Source: Felis catus
Lineage: Eukaryota
Assembly (NCBI RefSeq): GCF_018350175.1
Contig: NC_058368.1
Span: 67,024,001 to 67,088,000, forward strand
Length of the DNA: 64,000 nucleotides
Reading direction: 5' to 3'
Shown here: positions 40,641 through 54,735 of the stretch, one piece after another
How the letters are laid out: every line of letters starts with the position of its first letter
Numbering within the stretch: position 1 is the first letter of the stretch
The notes under the pieces: model-generated
What the model saw: the letters and a program-made list of their open reading frames with translations, nothing else
What the model was told of the DNA's origin: nothing
The model's database searches: none
Translations under genes and position numbers: made by a program

Positions 40641-42117
40641 AAAAAGAAGCAGGTACACTGTTTTTCTTAGCACACTCTCAAAACGTCTATACCTTTTGAT
40701 TCTATGCCTCAGAGTAAAGAATGAGACCACAGTCACTGAACCAAAAGAACACTTCCCGAAACCTCCACATAAAGTTTACAGACAAATCAAGATCATTAAG
40801 TATTGACTTAAACACCCTAAAATCAGGGACTTAAGCTGACACACTGGTTTCTGCTGATGTTTTTACCAACACAGTGCTCTACAGCATTCTTCAACCAACA
40901 GCGAACCTGGAGGCAGGATTTTCCCATCACAGAGAGCACGACTATATTTGGAATAACGTCTGGATGAAGATTTTTAAACACCCAACAAGTCCAGAATAGA
41001 CTTTCCAGGTTTTCAAGAGGTTGAAGTATTTCCCCACATGATACAATCTATTAAAATGCAAACGTAGAAAAGAAATAAAAGGAAAATATTTCCAGCAAAG
41101 ACCTTGATTTTCTGACAGCTTTCCATTTAACCATGGTGTTTAGATGAACTTCCATTCAAAGTGTCCTTGAACCTTTGGACCTTGCTGTCTTTTTTCTAGA
41201 TGTTAAAGAGTGTCCACCTAAATGAGAGGGAAATTTCTAAAAGGATGATCCTGGTTATCAAGAATGAGAATACCCAACAGATCATGGCTCATGTCATGAC
41301 AACATTCTCAGGGAAAAAACTGCCGTTGCTTATGTCCTACCCACTGTCCAAGCATTTGTAACACATTTCTAAAAGTCCAAAGAGAAGTTATGTGTAGATA
41401 CTCATTAAAGGACGACTTCCTTCTTTCCCTGACGCACTTTGTGGAGATGAGCTCTGACACCCGGATGGTTCCTGACGGGTCAGGATAGGTGAGTATCATC
41501 AAGAGCCTGCTTAGATGCTGGGCAGGGTTTGCTATAAGCTTAGAGGTCATTACCTCAAATACATCGCTTTCTTTTGTTTCCTAAATTGCTCTCACTCTCC
41601 AACTGGTATGATTTCATTTTGAAACAATCTGTCCTGAAATTCCAACAAAACAGTTTATGAAAAAGAAATATACCCCTGGGCTACGTGTATGCGTGTTGTG
41701 CGTACATGTGAATTGAGATACCTGCCCTACAGCTACATTAAATCTCTGAGTCTCTATCTTTTCTACATGGAATCATCGAATACTGATACTGGATGGGTTT
41801 TTTTGTTTTGTTTTACAAACAATCCACTGTCTGCAGATATTTCAGTTTGCAAATGCCTTGAAAACAGGGGCTTTTTGTCCCAGTGCTTGGGGACCACAAC
41901 TTACAACTAGGAGAGGACCAGTAAAAATGCTTGAGGAGTGAAAAGGCCTCCCTCTTTTCACCTGTGAAACCTGAGGCCAGGAGTGAAGGGACCGTCATAG
42001 CTACTCCAAAGCTACATGGCAGCAGAACAAGGTCTTTGCCACATCTCAACCTACATCTCAACTCCCCACTCAGTAACAGTTTAAAATGTCCACTGATGTT
42101 TTAAAATAAATGAATTC

Positions 42118-42320
42118 GCGGGTGCCTGGGTGGCTCAGTCGGTTAAGCATCCGACTTCAGCTCAGGTCATGATCTCACAGTTGATCAGTTTGAGCCCTAC
42201 ACTGGGCTCTGTGCACTGACAGTGCAGGGCCTGCTTGGGATTCTCTCTCTCTCCACTCCCCCTCCCTCCCCTCCCCACTTGAGCTCTCTCTCTCTAAATA
42301 AAAAAAATAAACAATAAGTA
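42118..42320 (+). mobile_element. CAN-SINE
   Basis: TSD aaaataaa(a)tgaatt. Confidence 0.93.
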
Positions 42321-45300
42321 AATAAAATGAATTATTTTTCTTTACCTCTTAAGAACATGCAGTTTATAAGGTAAAATCATCAAGTACCAAATATTTAACC
42401 CATGTAAGTTTTAACATTTTTCTTCAATGCACAACTAAACCCCAAGGAAATGCACTGGGTATTTGACGGTTTCCTTTCCCTGACTGGTAAGTAACAGAAA
42501 TTGGAACTTTGTAGAGTGTAGCTCCATGAACCACAGCTTCCAAAGAACCAATGTATATGGTTTCCTCTTCATGCCATCACATACCAGAAACAAAGACTAC
42601 CATAAATAATCTATTGCAAACTCTACTTTGGAAAATAAATAGGGAAGGGTTCAATTTAACGTGAACACTGAGCGCAAAGACAAAAAGGCTCTAATTCTAT
42701 TTCAACGCTCTCAAGTTGCATTGTTCTTAAAGGGCGTGGCACAGAGAGATGCAAATACACTCCTGAAACCATCCCCTCTTCTATGGAGCCAACAAATACT
42801 AATCAGCTACAAAGTGTCCCATCCTGGCTTCAGAGGCTTTTGCAATAACATAACAGATATGCTCCATGAGGTCTGAGAGCCCAAGGCTAAGAGAAGAGAC
42901 AGGCAGTCAACACATAATTACCTAAATTATAATTTAACCACAATTGGGACAAGTACTATAGAAATGTGGTTTAAAACATAACCAAATTTTAAACTTATAT
43001 GAACGAAAATGTCACAGGCTCAATAGTGTAAACATCAGGGTTTTTTTTTCCATTTTCTTCATGTCAAAATAAATAATAATGTTTAAAATAAGGGGGTTAG
43101 GGAAGAAATGATAACAGAAGATGAAGATGAAAATCAAAGTTCACACCACAGCATCGTTAAGAGAGCTCCAAAATCAAATGGTTGAGGGGAAACAACTAAC
43201 CGTTTAGCATAACTATAGGGGATTTCAACCCAGCAAATTTCTATCTACTCCCACCCCATGTCAGAAGACTATGCTTTCTATATGCTTATCAATATTTAGT
43301 TGTGTGAAATCTGACCCAGAAATACTATTCCAGTCTGAAATGGTTGTACAAAAGCAATAAACTGTGTCATAAAGATACTTTGATGCATTTTCTGACTGTC
43401 ACAAAGAGCTACAAAGTTGAAGTAATTATCTGTGTGTGATTGGGGGGGGGGGGGCTTTAAATAACAGTAATCTGAATTACTGTAAATCACACACCCCATA
43501 AGGTAATGCCAAATTACTGGGCACACTCACACCAGACAGTGGGACACACTAGTGAAGTCCTCAGTACCAAAGACTGCCTAGCTCCAAGTTGGCTAAGGTT
43601 GAGACAACAAATATGAAATCAAGAAAAGCCGAGAGTTTGGGGGTATTAACATCATAGCCACAAATATTAGAGTGAAGTGGAGAACTTACATATTAAGATA
43701 CATATATCACTTAATATGTACTCTATTAGGAAATGAAAGAACACAAGTTAAATGTCGTACTTAGAAATTCCTAAGATATTACATGACTACCACTTTGAAC
43801 AAGGCACAAGCTTCCCGAATCTTATCTTATTAACGTTTTATTGGACAACCACAAACAGTGCTTTCTCGGTTACTAAGTTGTCAGTATTTCCATGTAGGAT
43901 TATTACAGAGAAAAACCAGGAATAAGAGTAATCAGAACATTCTAGTAGATTAAAAATGTATACCAAAATGGTGCAATATTTACCAGCTCTGGACAAGAGC
44001 TATAATAATCACCCTTATAGAGATTACTGACAAAATAACAATAGTAATCAAATATATGTAACTATGTAACTATTTAAACTCGTAACAAAGGCTTTTATGA
44101 TCCTATTAGCAGTAAATGAGCAACTCCCATAAAATATGACTTAATATCACCATGATAAGAGTTTAAGTACATATAACCATTGTTATGTGAAAAAACATTA
44201 TTTTTAATGTGTGACAACCTGACAGGATTTAATTACCACACCTACTTCAAACTATTAGCTGCTTCATTCAGACCTGAAAAAACAATATTTATATGTAGCT
44301 ATTGAGAATCACTATGATTGATGCAATCTTTTGTGTTATTCCCTTTATAGTCACTTGCATTTGTTATTATTAACAAGGAAAAAAGAAAGGGGAAATGTGT
44401 GTTTCTGTTTTGCAACAAAGCTTTTTCTGATGATGACTAACTTCTTCCTTTGAACACAAAAAGCCTCTTTAACTAATGTACATATAAATATGTTCTCTAC
44501 AATGTGCACCAAGCAAGGAAAGGGAAAAAAAAAAACAACAAAAAACACAAGCCTGTAGGACTTAAGCCAGAATTAAAAGCAACCTAAGCAAGATGAATAC
44601 ATGAAAGCTGTCAGGATGGATGTTATTCTTACTCCCAATTTCTTACAGCTCATCTGCTCTCAAGAAAGAAAAACCATAGTTTCTTTTAACCATATCCACA
44701 CAACAGATCTCACTTGAAAGGAAACACAGCCAGTGATTTGGCATGAATGGGCACATTCCCAATTTTCCAGCATCACTCCTGAATATTTATGCCGGTGACG
44801 AATGAGGACACCGGTAAAATATTTTAACACGAAGTCTTGCCTTGTAAATCGTCTCGATGCTGTGTCAAAACAACACCTACCATAAATCAGAAGTTTTAGG
44901 ACCAGTGTTTCCTGTTCTAACATGCTACCTGCTCAGCAGAATCACTTGTGTGGACAGGCACAGATGAGTCTGTGCTAAGCAGAGCCACCTCCCCTCCTAA
45001 CTTACAGAGCTATAATTTCACAGGCCTATTATCGTCGAGGTAATTTTGACGGTGCTGAAATATTATACTTGTTAAAAATATGCATTTAGCACTAACTCCA
45101 GTGGTCATTTGAACTGGATAAACAGAGAGATATCCCTACAATTATCTTTCTTCTCTACTGATGACTCTTTTTTCTAGCAAGGCAGCAGTACTGTGACAAC
45201 TGATTTTATAAACAGTACAGCAAGTTTTTCTGACAGTCCAAAAAGCTCACCGTGGTGCTTTCAGTTCACTTTTTACTTCTCCACAAGTTATTTATGAACA

Positions 45301-45476
45301 ACGTGTAAGGGATGCTGAGGAGTCCCTTTCAAGGTTGAAGAAACAAAACAATAGTTCAAACCTCTCCCAGCCTCCTGCTCCACAACCCTCAGCTCCTTAC
45401 TCACGCATATCCCAATTCAGGAGTTTAGATGTGTGAAGTCATCTACATGTGGGCAAATTAGAAATCCTAACCCTCT

Positions 45477-45690
45477 GGGGTGCCTGGGTGGCTCAGTCGG
45501 TTAGGCAGCCGACTTCAGCTCAGGTCATTATCTCACGGTCTGTGGATTTGAGCCCTGCGTGGGGCTCTGCGCTGACCAGCTCGGAACCCGAAATCTGCTT
45601 CCGATTCTGTGTCTCCCTCTCTCTCTGCCTCTCTCCTACTTGCCCTCTGTCTCTTTCTCAAATAATAAACATTAAGGGAAAAAAAAGAAA
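45477..45690 (+). mobile_element. CAN-SINE
   Basis: TSD agaaatccta(a/t)ccct. Confidence 0.93.
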
Positions 45691-47876
45691 AGAAATCCTA
45701 TCCCTTTGAGCAATTCCAGATTTTTGATTGGGGGGTACACAAATATGTCTCTCAGTTCCATACGTTAATGAGCACAAGAAACTTCCATCGGAAAAAAATA
45801 AAATTGACAAAAGAAGAGGTTAGTCCATTTGCTTTTCTCCTTTTATAGTACTCTGGCCCTAACTTAATCTGTAAGGAAAAAATAACGATATGCATTTGTA
45901 CTTATCTTATACCGGATGCCTAAATAAGTGAACACACACACACCACTGCAGGATAACCAGTCACGTGAGGTGAACACAAAGGCCACAACCCAGTATTAAC
46001 TTTGCACTTTCCTGAGAGAATAAACAAACACCAGTATCTCCTGACATCGGTGGCCCACTTTCTTAAAGCCGAATTAACACACTGAAAGCAAATAAACAAA
46101 TTATTTATCTGGAACCCATTACAGTCAGTTCATTCAGCCAAGTGTTAGGTCACTATTACTAGGCATGAAGAAACAGAACAACTATCCACTCATCTTGTTT
46201 CCAAAGTGAAGGGTGAAATTCTAGATAACCTCTACCCATTCTGCTTGCGTGGAAGGGAACTGAAGAAACTGACTGGTCATATTTTCCCCTAAACTCATGT
46301 TTGACTCCGGTCATACAGGCAGCCATATTCTGCCCAGTCAAGATGTCAGCGGCTACCCATTCCAAGTACTATTCCAGTTTAGAAATCCACATAACCTTGT
46401 GTGAAACGCCAGATATTCTGGGACAACACTGTGAATAATTCTTTAATAAAGAGTCTAATGTCTCAAACATAATAAACTACAGCAATGATTTAAAATTCTG
46501 CACCAATACTATAAAACACAAGACTCCAGCTATAAAAAATGGAATTTCTAAGCTTTAAATTAAAAAAAAAAAAAAATAGGTTTTTGCAATAAGGTGCCCT
46601 TACAGTATATCCCTGAAATAATATAGATCATGCTGCCCTCTTGTGCCAGACGTAAAAAATAAAACAAATTCAGGAAAACATGGTTTATGCTGAATATAGA
46701 CATAATCTTCTAATTTCTGAATTGCTTCCCTGTATTCCCTGCGCATTAAGATCTGATAGAACAGAAAGGACAGAAGACAAATGTTGATCATGGAAGAGGC
46801 AGGTGTGGCCCTCAATACAGGAACACACACAGACCACATCTAAACAGGCGCTACTCAACTCAAGTTGTTGCAATCAGAATGTGCGGAAAATGCCGGGGCA
46901 GCTGAAAACGTGCAGCCCTTTAACAGACGCACAATACGGTCACCAAAATACACTGAGAAGGGAAGGATAAAAATAAAGGAAGGAAAAAAGAAGAAAAGAA
47001 AAGTAGCTTTTTGCCCTTCTAAGACAACACACTTAGCTGACTGAAATTTTACCCAGTTTAAGACTGATTGGGTTATGAAAAAAATCAGTGGGTAAAACAG
47101 TACTGCATTATATAAGCAAATAAGTTAACTCCGTGCAACCATACATGGGTTCAAAATGAAGAGAAACTTAGTCGTGAAGCCTGGAAAGATGGCGCCTTCT
47201 TAAAAACCAGAGCTCTGGAGTGCTTAAAGAGCAGCCAGAGAGACTTAGCCAGCAAGAAGGGACATGCACTGTCCGGGTTCACCTTGTCCTTCTCCCTAAA
47301 TCCAAGTCAGAGAACCTGGGACTTTTGGGCCAGGGCAAGGGGCAGCCAGTGTTTCAGGACCCTTCACCGAAGGCCTGGTTCTCTGCACAAGGTCAAAGGA
47401 TCTCCCACTGATTAACAAAATGGGAGAAGCAGGAAAAGGGAATCAGCCCATCTGGGGTGGAAACACCCACGAACAAATGTAAAAAGAGACTTCCACAATC
47501 TGGATTGGGTTCACTGGGAATATTCCAGCACAAGCGGGAACTGAAGGTGGCTACGGAAGAGAACCCTGGCAGACATCTGCAAATCCAAGCCAGGCTGTAG
47601 TGTGTGCAGATGCCGTCGCCACCCCGAGCCTCACTTGCGGGAGACTACACCCTTCCCCTCCTTCCCATCCCCTCTTTTCCAAACTCCGGGATGCTGTCAG
47701 GACCACGAACTCTTAGGAAACTTACTGACATCTCCCTGAGAAGGTGCTCTGGATAACAAAGTACTGAGAAGAGAATGATATGCTTCCTGGATTCTCCATG
47801 CTGCTCGGAGGGCACTCTGTAACTCGGAGTGGGATCACTGGGCACAGATGTTTAACTTAAAAATCAAGCCTGCCTA

Positions 47877-48094
47877 GGGGTGCCTGGCTCACTCAGTTGG
47901 TTGAATGTCTGACTCTTGGTCTCGGCTCAGGTCATGATCTCACGGTTCAGGAGTTTGAGCCTTGTATTGGGCTCTGAGCTGACAGTGAGAGCCTGCTTGG
48001 GATTCTCTCTCTCCCTCTCTGTCTCTCTGCCCCTCACCTCCCTCCCTCCCTCCCTCCCTCCCTCCCTCTCTCTCTCAATAAACTTTAAAAAAAA
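47877..48094 (+). mobile_element. CAN-SINE
   Basis: Head, (CT)/(CCCT)n, tail. Confidence 0.9.
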
Positions 48095-48839
48095 TGAAAT
48101 ATGCCTACCCTTCTACTATAGAGGGGAATTGCTTTTTTAATATCATAGAACCATTAAAATATAGATACGATCCATGATGTTCCCTATGAAGCACAGCTTT
48201 GGTGTGTTCTTCCCATTGGTTTAAAAACTATAAAAATGATATCCAAATGGAAATTTAAAATCTACCACTTAAAATACTTTTCTAATTAAAAAAAAATTTT
48301 TTTAATCTATCACTAAAAACAGTAAATAATTCATGCCCTCTGAACATTCTGGACAAACTGGGCCTATCTTTGGAGTGCTTATTTGGGTTTCTATTTTCTT
48401 GAAGGAAAAGAAGCCCTGTTAACAGATCCAGGAGGGGGAGAGCAAGATAAACACTAGTGTGTGGCTCTAAGATTAGCGACCTTGAAGATTTAGACTCGGT
48501 CCCAAATCCTTGAATAATAAATAAATCAGCATGTGGAGAAGCCTACAGGTCTTGAACAGGAAGAACCTGGTTAACTGTGGCCATGAGCATTCAGAGGCTG
48601 TGATAACAGAAACGCAGTCCCACTTAATGCTCTCAACTTTATGACCACAGTTTTCAAATTAACTGGCAAAGTGCGGCAACTTCCCGGCCGTCAGATGCGT
48701 GCGCCCTCCAGTCTCCTGACCGCGGCTGTAACAAGACTATAGATGAGTTGGGGCCTCTGCAGATCACCGTTCCTGTGCTCTGCACCCAGCCTGCGCTAAA
48801 CAAACGTGCTGAATAAACAGCCCCAAATGCTTTCCTGAA

Positions 48840-49200
48840 CAGTCTTATTTAATCCTCACGACAGCCTTGTGAAGCAGGAAGGGCAGCTGGCATTTCCATT
48901 TCACAGGTGAGGAAGTTCCGAGACGCCATGCGTCACTGTGGCCAAGAGTCATTAGGTGCTGACCACGGGCCAAGCACTGCTCTAGCCTGTGTGAATGTAC
49001 CGATCTGCTTTATTCCCACACTGCCTGGATAAGGGAGGTACCAAGAGTATCCCCATTCTACAGCTAAGAATGCTGAGGCACAGAGAAATTAAGTAACTAG
49101 CACCTGAGTACTCACAGAACCATAACCAGCTACTATGATCAGCTAGCACAGGTGTGAGCCCAGGCAGCCGGATCCACAGTCCACACTTCTAACCACGACA
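48840..49200 (-). mobile_element. Two MIR fragments
   Basis: ttccatttcacaggtgaggaa and ccccattctacagctaagaatgctgaggcacagagaaattaagtaact cores. Confidence 0.75.
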
Positions 49201-49839
49201 ACATCCCGCTTTGAGAGTCACCTGCCCAGCGGTATTTACACCTGTGGCCTGGGTCACACGGCTAGCTAACAGCCAGGCCAAGCCTACTCCTGTGCTCTCT
49301 CCAGCCTCCCTCCCTGCCTGGATGGGTCCCCTCAATCCTCTCCTGCATCAACCAAGCCACCCTGGGCCTGAACGGTGGGAGCACGTGTTGATGAACAAAC
49401 TCTTCCTGGGGACCCAGGTCAGGAGGCCACCCCCAGCAGCAAGACATGTCAAAGACCTCAGGGTGGGGCATCAACCACTCAGACACCCTCCAGGTGTGCT
49501 CACGTTGAGGAACTTACGTGCGACGTGCCACAAAGCCTCCAATTATGGAAACAAAAGTCCACTTTAAAGCTAGAGTGAGGAACTTCTATCGAAGAGGATG
49601 TGTACACTTCAATCTTGGGTTTTAATTAATTTTTCATTACAATTTTAGGTACACCTTCAAGTCCAGGATGACCTAGTTTAATGCCACATGATGCAGTCAA
49701 TGTTCTGGCAACTGGTCAACAACATTTAAACGCTCCTGCATCCAACGAAGGGTGTTTCATATGCCCCACAACAAACAGATTCCTAAACCTGTTTATTTTC
49801 CACACACACGTAAATCGGAATAGAAGCTTGCATGCACCT

Positions 49840-50080
49840 GGGGTACCTAGATGGCTCAGTCAGTTAAGCATCTGACTTCAGCTCAGATCATGATCTCCAG
49901 GTTCAAGAATTCGAGCCCCACATCGGGCTCTGTGCTGACAGCTCAGAGCCTGGAGCCTGCTTCAGATTCTGTGTCTCTCTCACTCTCTGCCCCTCCCCCA
50001 CTAGCACTCAGCCTCTCTCTCTCTCTCTCTCTCCCAAAAACAAATAAACATTTAAAAAAACTAAAAAAAAAAAGAAAGAA
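49840..50080 (+). mobile_element. CAN-SINE ~195 bp from an exon donor
   Basis: TSD agaagct(tgc/cgt)atgcacc. Confidence 0.94.
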
Positions 50081-50274
50081 AGAAGCTCGTATGCACCCCA
50101 CATTCAGATTTTGTCAGGTAGTAGAAAACTGTCAGTGAAGCTTTTTGTGGACAATGAATCAACACACACAGCGATTTCTTCCAAGCGTCTCCTCCATTCT
50201 CAATGCTGAAACGTGATCAGACACAAACGGTGTCAACGAGGCAGATTTACAAAGAAACCTGGTGTCTGACTTAC

Positions 50275-50421
50275 CTATTGGGTTTCTGTCAAAGAACAAC
50301 ACTGGAGCTCTCAAAATGGACTCAAACATTTTGTTGTGCAAAGCTTGTGAGGAATTAACAAGGACGTAGAATACCAACAGAGATCTCGCTATGCCAAAAA
50401 GCACAGTAGCCACAGTTAAAC
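50275..50421 (-). CDS. ABCC4: ABCC4 internal exon (147 nt, ~exon 19): (G)[48 protein letters not shown](G)
   Basis: tttcag| acceptor, |gtaagt donor; overlaps ORF 50159..50413. Confidence 0.97.
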
Positions 50422-52238
50422 CTGAAATAAAGAAACATCACTCAGAGCACAACATCCCCACCTTTTCTTTGGCGAAGCCATAGCATGGCAGGCAGTTGAT
50501 GAAGAAATTCTGTGTCAAAAGACATGTGGCTTCTGTAAGAGTGCAATGCATTTGCAAGATACTTTTATAAAGAAGTATATCATTTACTTTTCTCTCATTA
50601 AATAGAAACTCTATGTAAAAGAAAATTAGGTGTAAATGATAATTTCATACTAGGCTTTCCTGATTCAATTACAAGTTCTATTAAAACCAAAGAAGAAAAA
50701 GAGATAATTACAAAAACTCGTTGATCTTCCCTTCTCCACATTTCAAGTTTTGCTACTCTATTTACACATCTCATAATCTAAAACTTCGGTATGCTCTCAC
50801 ACCAGCATGTGAATTAACAGGGAACAAGGGAAATGATGTGCCATTTCCTTGTAGAAAATGCCCAAGTGGCTTTAAAGAATATGAAAATACCATATTAAGT
50901 CGCAAGTAGAAAATCTCTCAACGGAAGTGCAAGAAAATACAAATTATACATTAGCATGAAATAACCTCGGTGAGCAACTCATCTCCAACACCAAGCATTT
51001 TATACAAACACAAAGCCTTTTTAAATGAACACAACTGATTTAAATTATAGATTTTTGTCAATGGCATAAATGAGTACCTATGATGGGCATAAAAATCAAC
51101 ATCATTTTCCTATCATCTCCTGAACTCCCCATGCTAAAGAGAGTTGGGAGATAACTTCTGTGGGTAATACTCCATCAAGTCCATTTTTACCCCTCACATG
51201 ACACATCACTGTTGTCTCCACTCTGAAAGCTGCTCAAAGTCCTAACTGCCATCCAGAGGCGTTTTCCTGAGGCCCCCATCCTGCCTGGCTGTGCAGCAGA
51301 ACGGCTCCTCCCTCCCCCTCCCCGCCACCGGGCCTCTCACAGCCCACCCGTGTGGAAGGGAAACAGCTCATGTATTCAGGGTTCTTTAGCAAGTGATCAA
51401 CGAAATAAATAACCACATTTCAGTGAGTAGGTTTTCACAAAGATCGCTCGCTCTATCTTTGCGGAAAGCTTGTATGAGCGTTTCCGGCGAGAATATTTAA
51501 AATTTCAGATGAGGATTTCCTTTAAAAAGTATGTAATGCCACATATATTCTAAGCACTCTCGTGAAAGCAGAGCGCTGTGTTAATATTAGTCTGGCAAGC
51601 CAAATGTTAAATTAATCACACAGTTGGGGACGCGATAACATTGTGATCTCAAGGTAAGAGAGAGAAGGAATCCTAATTCCCAGACACTGGATTTTTCCCT
51701 GCTCAGCTTCTCTCTTAAGTCATTAGTGAAGCCCAGGAGATGAGCAGTGCAGGGAAGGGAGCTTTGCATACCTGTGAGGGAATAATGCTTTTATGTGGGG
51801 GAACCTCGCTGCCAGAGGATTTCATCCAAGTTCAATAAAAGCCAGGGTTTATTCAGACAGAATTGGAACAATCCGAACCACAGGGTGGGGATCCGTTTCT
51901 AATCCCCTTGCCCATCCAAATAATGATATAAGATTTAGCTAAAGCAACCTATTAGAATAGACAATAGCCACATATTTCCAGTGGCTGATTTTCTGAATGC
52001 TCAATCCTGGTTTAACTTCCAAAATCCAGTACAGAGCAAATTAAGAGTCTTCATTCAACCTCTTTCTTCTGGTAGATTTTAAAAATAATTATTCTAATTA
52101 ATTCACAGAGTAAATGCGACTCAGACTCTTAATCTGTTAAGACATTACTGAATTACTCCTGGAAGCCCTAGTTACTCACACAGGCTCATTGTAAGCACCT
52201 CAGACTCCCGGATAATAAACCGAATGATTAAACTTTAC

Positions 52239-52333
52239 CTGAATAAATTCCTAAGTACCAGTGAAGATCGAGCTTCTCAGTGACATTTTCTTTTCCATTT
52301 ACCGTGACATTCAGGGCACTTTGTTCATTTGTC
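52239..52333 (-). CDS. ABCC4: ABCC4 internal exon (95 nt, ~exon 18), extracellular loop: (W)[31 protein letters not shown](G)
   Basis: ttcacag| acceptor, |gtaaag donor; two N-V-T N-glycosylation sequons as in MRP4. Confidence 0.96.
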
Positions 52334-52723
52334 CTGTGAAAAAGGGGGAAAAAAAAATATTAAGCTATTGATAGAATTTAGATGAATACAAAAAGAAAAA
52401 AATTAACCTCAATTTGGGAGACATGCTTTATGCTGGAAAGGATCCCAAGCATGCAGGGCCCCATGTACATCCTCTTTATACAAATTCAACTTGCATCGTG
52501 ACACTTTCAGTTCTCAGATCTGTCTGTGTATAGACACTGAGGGTCAGATGTGGGAAGAGACCGTGGGAGGGTCACACTCCACCAGCAAGAACTTCAATGT
52601 CTCTTTTGCTCTAGGGAAACTAAGGGAGGATTAGGACAGGAGGCCCAACAAACCCGACTCTGTGGGAAAGAGAGGCTGCCTGCCAATTTGGGGGCACCTC
52701 ATATCAGACCGGAAACAACTCAC

Positions 52724-52761
52724 CAATAGGAGAGCCACCAGTCCTGGAGAACGTAGGCAAC
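52724..52761 (-). CDS. ABCC4: ABCC4 small internal exon (38 nt, ~exon 17): VAYVLQDWWLSY(W)
   Basis: gctag| acceptor, |gtgagt donor; characteristic ABCC 'DWWLSYW' motif; frame fits both neighbours. Confidence 0.96.
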
Positions 52762-52951
52762 CTAGCACGAAGAAATAAACATAAATATCAAGCATCGCCT
52801 AGCACCTCAACTCTCTCACTCCCCCAAAAGGAACGTTGAAAGGCTCTGGAAATCAGACATGATTCTTTCAGCTCAGGTCTGAGCCAAACCCCACATCCCA
52901 GGTAACAACACCTCAAGTAAGTGCATGTTACATTTTAAAATCTTTGAAAGA

Positions 52952-53166
52952 GGGGCGCCTGGGTAGGTCAGTAGGTTAAGCGTCCGACTTTGGCTCAGGT
53001 CATGATCTCATGGCTCGTGGGTTCAAGCCCTGCATCGGGCTCTGTGCTGACAGCTCTGAGCCTGGGGCCTGCTTCGGATTCTGTGTCTCCCTCTCTCTCT
53101 CTGCCCCTCACCCACTCATGCTCGGTCTCTCTCCCTCTCAAAAATAAACATTAAAAAAAAAAAATT
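52952..53166 (+). mobile_element. CAN-SINE
   Basis: TSD aaatctttgaaaga. Confidence 0.94.
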
Positions 53167-53381
53167 AAATCTTTGAAAGACATCTTTCTTCTTCTAGAAG
53201 CTCTCTAAGAGCACACACAACACAGTAAACATCAAGTTATTTTGTTCCCCAAGATAGCATGTTTCAATGCAAATCCAAGTGGACTGAGTGATACGGTAAC
53301 AGTGGCGTAAATATATACAGTAGAAGTCACACTGTAAACATCAAGCTGAGGCCACAAGACAAAATAAATGTCCTTACTTAC

Positions 53382-53522
53382 CTGAGCAGCGATGTTTAGT
53401 AGAATAAGGAAAATGATGATGAGCCAGTGAGCACCGGCTGTGAGGTAACTCTTGTAGGCCTTAAGACCAACTTTTCCTTCTGAACGCCTCTCCTCTGACA
53501 CTGTAACCTGTAGATTCTCAGT
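53382..53522 (-). CDS. ABCC4: ABCC4 internal exon (141 nt, ~exon 16): TENLQVTVSEERRSEGKVGLKAYKSYLTAGAHWLIIIFLILLNIAAQ
   Basis: ttgccag| acceptor, |gtaagt donor, phase 0-0; EE..EGKVG..Y..Y motif before TM7. Confidence 0.97.
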
Positions 53523-54271
53523 CTGGCAAGGGGAAAAAAAGCAGCAAGAGACGAACCTTTACACCATACTCCCAAAACTTTGAAAGGTCAATGGTGTGCT
53601 CCGCTGGCAAAGCCATGAGAAAACAGACACATCTTACACGCCGAGAGTGCAAAATAATACAAGTCCTGCAGAGAAGGGTATAGAAGTATCTAGATGAACC
53701 ACATATGCGTTCACCCTTGGGCCCAGCCATCCCACTTCTAGGAATCTATCAGCAAAAAGGAAATACTGTTTGTATGAGGTTACTCACTACTGCGTGATTT
53801 TGTTTGAAGCAGAACATAACCATTTCCAGCACGTGTACAACATACCCAATTCAAGTATAAATGCAGAAGCTTATTCCACGGTAATATACAAAATGATATG
53901 GGTATCTCTGTAGATTATTTGTGCCACTAAATGATGGGAACATAAAACATAGTAGGAGCTCAAAATATTATCCAAATACAGTAAATGGAGTTCAAACAAC
54001 ACGAGGGAGAGTTTGGACAGCAATGGATAACACGTGGTCTGAATTTTTCTGGTTCCTGAATTTCAAAGAGTTATTCTTCAGTCTGGAATGTGAGGGACTA
54101 ATCCAAACCCTTACCAGAATCATCCAGGCCCCTAGATTTGGACTGTGAGAGTTTGGACATTGAAGACTACCTGTGCATATTTTTAAGGGAGATCTAGTAT
54201 ATTTCTGCACTTCTATCCGGAGAACTGAGAATGCACTGTAGATTCACATAAGCCAAAGATGTCCTTGGCTG

Positions 54272-54735
54272 CAAGTGTCCATCGATGGATGAATGGATAA
54301 AGAAGATGTGGTATACATATACAATGGAATATTACTCAGCAATCAAAAAGAATGAAATCTTGCCACTTGCAACTACGTGGATCAAACTAGAGGATATTAT
54401 ACTAAGTGAAATTAGTGAGTCAGGGAAAGACAAAAATCATCATTTTACTCATATGACGACGTTAAGAGACAAAACAGATGAGCATAAGAGAAGGGAAACA
54501 AAACTAATACAGAAACAGGGAGGGGGACAAAACAGAAGAGATTCATAAATACGGAGAACAAACTGAGGGTTACTGGAGGGGCTGTGGGAGGGGGGATGGG
54601 CTAAATGGGTCAGGGGCACTAAAGAATCTACTCCTGAAATCATTGTTGCACTATATGCTAACTAATTTGGATGTAAAGTTAAAAAAATAAATAAAATTAA
54701 AAATTAAAATAAATAAAATGTAAAAAAAAAAAAAA
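54272..54735 (+). mobile_element. 5'-truncated feliform/carnivore L1 with poly(A)
   Basis: DEWIKKMWYTYTMEYYSAIKKNEILPLATTW matches the L1 ORF2 end; 17-bp TSD aaagatg(t/c)ccttggctg. Confidence 0.95.
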
